IMG/VR virus record: IMGVR_UViG_3300020577_003313
Origin: a virus
Taxonomy: Duplodnaviria; Caudoviricetes
Direction: 5' to 3' (one strand)
Length of the DNA: 64,000 nt
Shown here: piece after piece, positions 58,236 through 64,000 of the stretch
How positions within the stretch are numbered: position 1 is the first letter of the stretch
How the letters are laid out: each line of letters starts with the position of its first letter
Made by a program: the position numbers and the translations under genes
Notes under the pieces: generated by a model
Seen by the model: only the letters and a program-made list of their open reading frames with translations
What the model was told of the DNA's origin: nothing
Databases searched by the model: none

Positions 58236-58312
58236 TGGTGGCTCGGATGGGACTTGAACCCATACTTGACTGATTTTAAGTCAGTTGCCTCTGCCAATTG
58301 GGCTACTGAGCC
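58236..58312 (-). tRNA. tRNA-Leu(TAA) with short variable loop
   Basis: GGCTCAG...ACTGA-CTTAAAA-TCAGT-CAAGT-ATGGG-TTCAAGT-CCCAT-CCGAGCC-A-CCA. Confidence 0.85.
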
Positions 58313-58313
58313 A

Positions 58314-58419
58314 TGGTAGGCCGGGTGGGACTCGAACCCACGATCATCCGCAAATCAGGCGGCTCCATTTCTGGGCCGGATTATAAATCCGGTGCATTAA
58401 CCAACTATGCTACCGGCCT
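58314..58419 (-). tRNA. tRNA-Ile(TAT) with a 34-nt two-hairpin variable region
   Basis: AGGCCGG acceptor, GCAT/ATGC D stem, CCGGA-TTTATAA-TCCGG, GTGGG-TTCGAGT-CCCAC, ACCA. Confidence 0.8.
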
Positions 58420-58457
58420 TTATTTCCGGTCAATGCACCCGAGCAGTTGAAGCTCTA

Positions 58458-58685
58458 TCAGTCTCTAGAACGCTTAACTATATCTCTACCAGCAAGAAGA
58501 ACTGAAACATTCAATCCTATTACAACTAATGTAACCATACAAAATGATATGAATTCGTTAGAAAATTCAATTTCTGGAATTCCTAATCTATGTAAGGTAT
58601 GTACATATATTCCATTGGTAAAAGCAGTTAATGTCCCTACTAAGGCTAGATAGAATAGCCAAGGATGATTAGTAGCTTTCATCAC
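58458..58685 (-). CDS. Small two-TM membrane protein
   Basis: Hydrophobic helices. Confidence 0.55.
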   Translation of the reverse strand: MMKATNHPWLFYLALVGTLTAFTNGIYVHTLHRLGIPEIEFSNEFISFCMVTLVVIGLNVSVLLAGRDIVKRSRD

Positions 58686-58939
58686 TCTTTTAGAACTTCT
58701 TTAAGAAAGTCTACGAAAATGTTTAAGTGATCTTCTGCGAACTTTCTGTCAATTTCTTTCGCTTCTTCAGAAAGTTCTGAGTAAGGCTTGAAATATCCTT
58801 GCCATCTAGTCACTATACTTGGGTTAAGTTCTGGATGTGCTTTTAGCACAGTCTCTGCCCAAAACCACCAGTGCTCATGAACTTTCTTTGCTAGTCTTTC
58901 TTTTAGAACTTCTTGGATAGGGTTCTTCCACTTCTTCAT
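58682..58939 (-). CDS. Hypothetical protein (RyR-repeat-like PYSELSEEAKEIDR motif)
   Basis: HE.W...PY.EL.E..K..DR. Confidence 0.55.
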   Translation of the reverse strand: MKKWKNPIQEVLKERLAKKVHEHWWFWAETVLKAHPELNPSIVTRWQGYFKPYSELSEEAKEIDRKFAEDHLNIFVDFLKEVLKE

Positions 58940-59574
58940 TGTAGTAATTTAATAGTTAACCGATCGCTCGCATAGATAAATCCATTAAGAGGATCAACTC
59001 TTAATGCTTGAGCTTCTACGAAACAATCTAAAAGCGCCGGATCCGGATACACTTGCATTACTACTGAAAAGATATCATGAAGGTAAGGACCAACCTGAAC
59101 CTGCTGCACTACCATAGGTAGTGCTAGAACATAATCCTGTGCAGAATTGACAAAAAACTCGTCGAATCCAGGAAATCCACCTGGTATTAGAGTAGAATAA
59201 GCAATAGGATAGCAACCCCAGGACCATGGTTGGTTAAACCCTATAGCAAATACAGGCATGTAAATGCCTGAAGTATTGCAGTTCAGGTAAGGACAGATAA
59301 ACCCCATACTGTAAAAGTATAGTAGACCGCCCAGGGACACCCCAAGATGTTGGGTAGGGCACCCTACAGGAGCTGGAGTATCTGTATAACACTGAATAGT
59401 CTGGGCACCAGCAATATTACTAGTTATGTATTGATGATTAGTTATCATCCCTACAGAAGTTAAATTATTCTGTGCTGAGCATGTTATTGCCAAAACTAAC
59501 GATAGAATCAATTTATTGATCATTGTATTATTCCAATTTATTCCCAGCACAAAAGAAAGCTCACTCAGGCTCAA
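58936..59574 (-). CDS. Secreted protein with a Planctomycetota-type C-terminal motif
   Basis: Signal peptide MINKLILSLVLAITCSAQ; C-terminus PDPALL...AQA..VDP...SD.L. Confidence 0.55.
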   Translation of the reverse strand: MSLSELSFVLGINWNNTMINKLILSLVLAITCSAQNNLTSVGMITNHQYITSNIAGAQTIQCYTDTPAPVGCPTQHLGVSLGGLLYFYSMGFICPYLNCNTSGIYMPVFAIGFNQPWSWGCYPIAYSTLIPGGFPGFDEFFVNSAQDYVLALPMVVQQVQVGPYLHDIFSVVMQVYPDPALLDCFVEAQALRVDPLNGFIYASDRLTIKLLQ

Positions 59575-59879
59575 GCCTGAGGAGCAGCAGCTACAGCACT
59601 AGAGAGTGAATCCGTGATTGACTGAAGACTCTGTGTAACAGAGTTGATTTCAGCTGGGCTTGGAGCACTAGCTAGCTTAGCTGTTAGACTCTGAAGGGTA
59701 GCTACAGCTTGGCCTACTGTGGCCTGTAAGGCTGTAACTTGGCTTACTAACGCTTGAAGTTCTGTGGTCATGGTTTGATCTCTTTTTTGAATTTCCCTAA
59801 GTGCTTTGAAAATATTGTCTAATCTTCTCCCAAGAGGAGCGATTAGCCAACAATACTTAGGGTTATTAAATTTGCTCAT
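59571..59879 (-). CDS. Ala/Gln-rich coiled-coil protein
   Basis: Heptad pattern. Confidence 0.6.
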   Translation of the reverse strand: MSKFNNPKYCWLIAPLGRRLDNIFKALREIQKRDQTMTTELQALVSQVTALQATVGQAVATLQSLTAKLASAPSPAEINSVTQSLQSITDSLSSAVAAAPQA

Positions 59880-59895
59880 GTTTTACTTACTGAAA

Positions 59896-59969
59896 TGGTG
59901 CCGGATAAAAGAATCGAACTTTTGATTGAGGTTTACAAAACCACTGGTATGCCACTTACCTAATCCGGC
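59896..59969 (-). tRNA. tRNA-Thr(TGT)
   Basis: GCCGGAT...GTGGT-TTTGTAA-ACCTC...AAAAG-TTCGATT-CTTTT-ATCCGGC-A-CCA. Confidence 0.85.
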
Positions 59970-59978
59970 GCAGTTAAG

Positions 59979-60170
59979 CTAGTCTATTAGAAATTTACCC
60001 GAAATCCCAAAATAATCAAGAATAGCTCTTCTAACTTCTGGAGACTGTTTTTGTGCCCATTCAATTAATTTGATTTTCTCTTTATTGCGTCCGATATCAC
60101 TAGCAATAACCCAGACACATAAGGCTGCCATAGCCACCATGAATATACAACATAAAAGCTCAATCCCCAT
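59979..60170 (-). CDS. Small membrane protein
   Basis: N-terminal TM. Confidence 0.5.
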   Translation of the reverse strand: MGIELLCCIFMVAMAALCVWVIASDIGRNKEKIKLIEWAQKQSPEVRRAILDYFGISGKFLID

Positions 60171-60351
60171 AAGGTTTTCTACCTACTTCGTATTGAAGCG
60201 CAAGAATAGGCCATGTAAAAAAGATTACAATTGATATAGCAATTAGCTCATAAACAGGAACTTTCTTATACTTTGTTTCATCAATAATTATGAAAATCGA
60301 ACTAATTAGCCAACCAAGAATCCAGACGGCCAGTCCAATGTAAAAAAGCAT
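60160..60351 (-). CDS. Small two-TM membrane protein
   Basis: Hydrophobic, FFTWPI. Confidence 0.55.
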   Translation of the reverse strand: MLFYIGLAVWILGWLISSIFIIIDETKYKKVPVYELIAISIVIFFTWPILALQYEVGRKPYGD

Positions 60352-60617
60352 TATGTTTTCCAGGTAGTGTCTGCTAGTTGTTTTCTGTCGATCCAGGGAT
60401 TTCTTCCATCACCTGATCCCCAGCATTGATTGCAGATATCCATAGTAGGTTTACTAACACCCATGCCACCTCTCCAGGTGGCACCATTTGGATAGCAACA
60501 AACACCAGATCCAAAACACTTCAAACAAGGATGCTTGATATTTCTAAGAGCCAAAAGATCATTGTATGAGTAGTTCTTATCATCTGGATTTGAAGGTATT
60601 CTAGTAAAGAATCTCAT
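60351..60617 (-). CDS. DnaJ-type CxxCxGxG Zn-finger protein
   Basis: CLKCFGSG...CNQCWGSG. Confidence 0.65.
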   Translation of the reverse strand: MRFFTRIPSNPDDKNYSYNDLLALRNIKHPCLKCFGSGVCCYPNGATWRGGMGVSKPTMDICNQCWGSGDGRNPWIDRKQLADTTWKT

Positions 60618-60633
60618 ACGGATTAAGAATTAG

Positions 60634-60860
60634 AAAAAAATAGATCGAAGCTAAATCAGTGCTAAAACTAATTTTTGAGGAATGAGTTTTAGTTGCGCAC
60701 AGGAACCGGTGAGCTAATTTCGGTGTTTATGAGATTCTGAATCATTTTACATCCTCGCCGAACGGCGATTATGCTGGTTTATTCAGATATCGTATATCAT
60801 TTATTTTTATCTAGCTTTTTCAAGCTAAATAGAAATAAGCACCGACTAGCTTCGATCTAT
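60634..60860 (-). ncRNA. Predicted structured RNA (~225 nt) closed by a ~23-bp stem and U tract
   Basis: Terminal arms 60838-60860 and 60640-60663; internal GAAA-capped hairpin and further stems; G.U pairs only on the minus strand. Confidence 0.65.
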
Positions 60861-60868
60861 AGATGTTG

Positions 60869-61309
60869 TTACTCGATATGAGTCACAACATTGTACTCGT
60901 CAATCTCGTCTTGAAGCGCGGCAATTCGCGCCTCGATATCCGAGATCATAGATGCTTGGGTTGCCTTGTCGATACCGACAAGGACATCAACATAGACTTC
61001 ACTGGAATAACTACCCTTCGGCACTGGAGTGCCACTAGTAGTCAGGCCCTTGATCAGTCCCAGGGTAGATCTAAGCTGGTCCATCCTGGCCAGCTTTTCG
61101 GCAATAGGAGCCGACGCCTTGGCAATTTTGCCCTTTAAGGTAGCCAGCTGAACACTGGCTTCTGTGTAAGAAGCATATGCCTTCTTAATGTCGGTCTTTC
61201 CGCCGACATCGTCCACTCTCTGGACGTTTTCCTTGGTAATCAACTCCTTGAGAGAGTTGATGGCCTTGAGATAGCGATTCTTTTCTTTAAGAGCTCGTGC
61301 GATGTTCAT
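60869..61309 (-). CDS. DIP1984/septicolysin-like helical protein
   Basis: MNIARALKEKNR...LATLKGKI...IAALQDEIDEYNVVTHIE matches the family N- and C-terminal pattern. Confidence 0.55.
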   Translation of the reverse strand: MNIARALKEKNRYLKAINSLKELITKENVQRVDDVGGKTDIKKAYASYTEASVQLATLKGKIAKASAPIAEKLARMDQLRSTLGLIKGLTTSGTPVPKGSYSSEVYVDVLVGIDKATQASMISDIEARIAALQDEIDEYNVVTHIE

Positions 61310-61341
61310 ATAAACGTGATATGTGTATATTATTATTTATG

Positions 61342-61421
61342 TGGTCCCTAGGGTGGGAATTGAACCCACATGTATCCAATTAACCTTTCTATCGCGTATC
61401 AGGCGAAGGGTATACCTAGGG
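61342..61421 (-). tRNA. Atypical D-armless tRNA-Ile(GAT)-like gene
   Basis: CCCTAGG/CCTAGGG acceptor, TCGC-CTGATAC-GCGA, GTGGG-TTCAATT-CCCAC, A-CCA; no D arm 5' of the anticodon. Confidence 0.65.
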
Positions 61422-61428
61422 TAAAACT

Positions 61429-61899
61429 ATGAATCAATGTCAAAATAAAGACTGCAACAAAGAGACTAAAAATCCAAGATTTTGCTCAAAATCCTGTTCT
61501 GCAATAGTAACAGGATCAGAAAGTCATAAACGAAAAAGAACTAAAACTTGTAAAGTATGTAGTGCTTTAATTACGTCAGAAAAAACTTTCTGTAGTAATC
61601 TCTGTTACTCTAAAGGTAGAGCAAAACGAAGAACTACTAAGCCAATTGGTTATGAGAGAGTAAAAAATTTCAGAGCTAGATTGAAGCAACAAAGTATTGA
61701 CTACAAAGGCGGAAAATGTAGTATTTGTGCTTACTCTAAATGTACAAAAGCTCTTGAGTTTCACCATTTAGATCCTACTCAAAAGGATTTTGTAATCAGT
61801 AGTGTTTCTAAATCATTTGAAGCAATAAAATATGAACTAGATAAGTGTATTTTAGTTTGTGCAAATTGTCATAGAGAAATACATGACAAAATGCTCTAA
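61429..61899 (+). CDS. Free-standing HNH endonuclease
   Basis: FCSKSC/FCSNLC fingers, GGKCSIC, LEFHH.DP..K, CILVCANCHREIH. Confidence 0.88.
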   Translation: MNQCQNKDCNKETKNPRFCSKSCSAIVTGSESHKRKRTKTCKVCSALITSEKTFCSNLCYSKGRAKRRTTKPIGYERVKNFRARLKQQSIDYKGGKCSICAYSKCTKALEFHHLDPTQKDFVISSVSKSFEAIKYELDKCILVCANCHREIHDKML

Positions 61900-61918
61900 C
61901 CAACTGAGCTACCCAGGG
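61892..61918 (-). pseudogene. Orphan 5' half of a canonical tRNA (acceptor strand + D arm)
   Basis: CCCTGGG-TA-GCTC-AGTTGGTTA-GAGC-A; pairs with the 3' acceptor strand at 61346-61352. Confidence 0.75.
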
Positions 61919-61932
61919 TTAAGAAGAAGTCC

Positions 61933-62523
61933 TTAGACTTCTTCGATCACTTCGAAACTGTCATTGTCGAAGATGGTAAGACTAACGTTCTTAGTCTTAA
62001 GTTCGTGAAACCTTCTGAAGGTATTGATGATACTCTTCAGTTCCTTCATCTTAGCTTTGATGAACTTTTCTCCCTTTACCTTTTCCTTAAGGTTCTTGGA
62101 GACATAGTTAGTTCGCTCATATCCGAGATCATCGAGCATGATCACGAAATCTGAGTGAGACATTCCACTGTTCAAACAATTGAGAATTGTAGCTTGATTG
62201 TTCTTGAAGAACGTGCTGTGCTGAATCTTAGCACAGATCTCAATGCAGCTAAGCTTAGCTGCGTTGTAGTTTACCTTGTGGTCATTGAGGAACTTACCCC
62301 AAATATAACAACGAGGCGCGCTGATCTTGTACCTAGCCTGAAGGGCTAGACACAGCGAATTAACAGTGTGGGGGGTTTGACCTTCGAGCATACCTTCAAC
62401 GAAGGTATAGACTGCCGTGCAGAGGGTACGCCAAGAATTACGCTCCTGTCTATGCGCAACCTTGTAAATTCGTGCAGCGTCTTCGATCTTAGTTAGAAGT
62501 TCGTTCTTAACGAGAGTCGTCAT
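61933..62523 (-). CDS. Hypothetical protein
   Basis: 196-aa ORF, elevated GC3. Confidence 0.65.
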   Translation of the reverse strand: MTTLVKNELLTKIEDAARIYKVAHRQERNSWRTLCTAVYTFVEGMLEGQTPHTVNSLCLALQARYKISAPRCYIWGKFLNDHKVNYNAAKLSCIEICAKIQHSTFFKNNQATILNCLNSGMSHSDFVIMLDDLGYERTNYVSKNLKEKVKGEKFIKAKMKELKSIINTFRRFHELKTKNVSLTIFDNDSFEVIEEV

Positions 62524-62526
62524 ATT

Positions 62527-62721
62527 TTAAGTATCTAGAAATTTCTCTATATCGTTGATAGGAATGTATCCTAAATGATAAAGCCTATCAGCAATTACCT
62601 TTTTAACAGCATTAGCATCTAGGTTCCTTTCAGATAGATATTCATAAATATCTAAAAGTTCTTCCTTGATGTCTTGAGGCTTATTGAAAGGCCAATTGTG
62701 ATCTTTATCCATTAGGTCCAT
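62527..62721 (-). CDS. Hypothetical protein
   Basis: ORF packing. Confidence 0.5.
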   Translation of the reverse strand: MDLMDKDHNWPFNKPQDIKEELLDIYEYLSERNLDANAVKKVIADRLYHLGYIPINDIEKFLDT

Positions 62722-63053
62722 AAGTGAAAGAAAATTTCTGAAAAAGCTTGCAGCCCTTCGTCAATTTCTTTATTTCCTGCTTTAACGAGAGGATCATAGT
62801 AATTTTCCATTGAGTTCAGAAAATTAAACACTCTCTTGGCTAATTTTAGCTTTCTTTGAAACTCTGGATCTGGGCATGCATGTTCAAAAGCATTCAATCT
62901 TGGAGCGATGAATCTGACGAAAGTTTCATCAAGATTCCATAGCTCGGTATCATCAAAGCCGCGCTTCTTTAGTTGCTTCCTATATTTCTTGATTCTTTTA
63001 TCATTCTTTGGAAGGGTATGGAGATACCCATGGTATCTAACTGGCTTTTTCAT
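62712..63053 (-). CDS. Conserved phage hypothetical protein
   Basis: RGFDDTELWNLD..FIAPRL...LW. Confidence 0.65.
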   Translation of the reverse strand: MKKPVRYHGYLHTLPKNDKRIKKYRKQLKKRGFDDTELWNLDETFVRFIAPRLNAFEHACPDPEFQRKLKLAKRVFNFLNSMENYYDPLVKAGNKEIDEGLQAFSEIFFHLWT

Positions 63054-63054
63054 T

Positions 63055-63477
63055 TTACTCTGATTTCCATTTGATAAACTTTCTGATGGATTTAGCTACT
63101 TCTTTGGCAGTAGTTTTGTTGCTCATAGGAATCATCTCTTTAGCCCATGGCATATAGAGAGTTCCAGGAACAAATAGCCCATTCAGCTCGCTGCCGGTAA
63201 TTCCAAAGAAATCACATACTTGCTCATGCCAATCTTCACCTCTTTTTTCAGGAAGATCCTTACGGGCTACTAGAAGGAAGTCGTAGTACTCTTCCCATTT
63301 CCAAGTCTTTGGGAAGACTTTTGGAGTCCAGCCAATAGCGCAGCATACTGTGCCGCACTCATGGCCTCTGACCTTCTTACTGAAGGTTACGATTTCAGAG
63401 AAATCGAACTTACTTGCTGGAAGCTTCTCAAGAAATCTTGCGAGCTTTAGAAGTCTTCTTCTTTGTGTCAGGTTCAT
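63055..63477 (-). CDS. Hypothetical phage protein (CGTVCCAIGW)
   Basis: CGT..CAIG...FFG....LF motif. Confidence 0.65.
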   Translation of the reverse strand: MNLTQRRRLLKLARFLEKLPASKFDFSEIVTFSKKVRGHECGTVCCAIGWTPKVFPKTWKWEEYYDFLLVARKDLPEKRGEDWHEQVCDFFGITGSELNGLFVPGTLYMPWAKEMIPMSNKTTAKEVAKSIRKFIKWKSE

Positions 63478-63838
63478 GTTTCACCAAAGACAGATATGCG
63501 ACGCGCCTGACGTTAAGGTCAAGCTCTTCTCTAAGCTGATAAGTACTTAAGTAACTCAGAAGACTTTTACCAATTTTTAGATAAAGGTAATCGTTATAAC
63601 CTGGTCTGCGTTCAAATTTTACACAGAACCCCTTTGGTTTTCTGTTAGAGATTCTAACTTTGAACCCTGTTGGATTCTTTTCCAAGGACTTCCAAATTCT
63701 TTTTGGAAGATATTTTTTTAGCCCTGCTGCACAAAAGCTTTGAATACAGTCATTAGGTTTAACGCCCAGCTCCCAGAATCTAAGCTTGCAAATATTATCA
63801 TTAATGTATCTAAAATCTACAAGAATTTGATTCTTCAC
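63428..63838 (-). CDS. Hypothetical protein
   Basis: ORF packing. Confidence 0.55.
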   Translation of the reverse strand: MKNQILVDFRYINDNICKLRFWELGVKPNDCIQSFCAAGLKKYLPKRIWKSLEKNPTGFKVRISNRKPKGFCVKFERRPGYNDYLYLKIGKSLLSYLSTYQLREELDLNVRRVAYLSLVKHEPDTKKKTSKARKIS

Positions 63839-64000
63839 TAGATTTCCTTCTTCTTATTCCAAGAAATCTTTAAGATATGCTGTTGACGTATACTAGGATC
63901 GTCTAGTACTGCTCCATCAATTACATTATATCCAAGTTCTTTCAGTTTTTGTGATACATTATTTGTGATGATTAGAATATCATCAGAAAAAAGATATTGC

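Noticed and set aside
58421-58460. T-arm-like hairpin GAGC-TTCAACT-GCTC upstream of tRNA-Ile
   Set aside because: No acceptor stem, anticodon arm or CCA; too short to support a tRNA remnant.
58218-61341. Theta (HDV-like) ribozymes after tRNA 3' ends
   Set aside because: The sequences after each CCA are short AT-rich spacers without the nested pseudoknot.
383-63550. Many short plus-strand ORFs in the track (e.g. 46380-46814, 55976-56392)
   Set aside because: They lie antisense within well-supported minus-strand genes and have no recognisable motifs.
1-64000. Stop-codon reassignment
   Set aside because: Long conserved genes (polA, nrdJ, primase) are intact in code 11, all three stops end genes, and no suppressor tRNA is seen.

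Overview
This is a 64-kb segment of an AT-rich, gene-dense large tailed-phage genome. Almost all genes are on the minus strand and tightly coupled, and no virion structural genes are recognisable. In order it holds: (1) a sugar-modification cluster with a cupin, an NTP-transferase, a methyltransferase and about six glycosyltransferases, plus three GT4 genes elsewhere; (2) replication and recombination genes: a Cas4-like nuclease, a primase-helicase, recA split by a group I intron carrying an HNH gene, two resolvase-like nucleases, a family A DNA polymerase and a family 4 UDG; (3) nucleotide metabolism genes: class II RNR with a LAGLIDADG intein, ThyX, a deaminase, a NUDIX enzyme, Orn and an HD hydrolase; (4) a MoxR-AAA/VWA module; (5) a PRS-like plus NAMPT-like pair matching the NARP1 NAD+ reconstitution pathway; (6) a tRNA region. 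The most unusual signals are a D-armless, rearranged tRNA-Ile(GAU)-like gene next to an antisense HNH gene that separates it from an orphan canonical tRNA 5' half; a tRNA-Ile(UAU) with a second anticodon-like hairpin; a ~225-nt multi-stem RNA right after a DIP1984/septicolysin-like gene; a tandem array of at least 8 paralogous Zn-ribbon microproteins; and a sigma-like frame that may be reached by +1 frameshifting. Two genes hint at a Planctomycetota/PVC host. All protein family calls come from motif recognition by eye, with no database searches.
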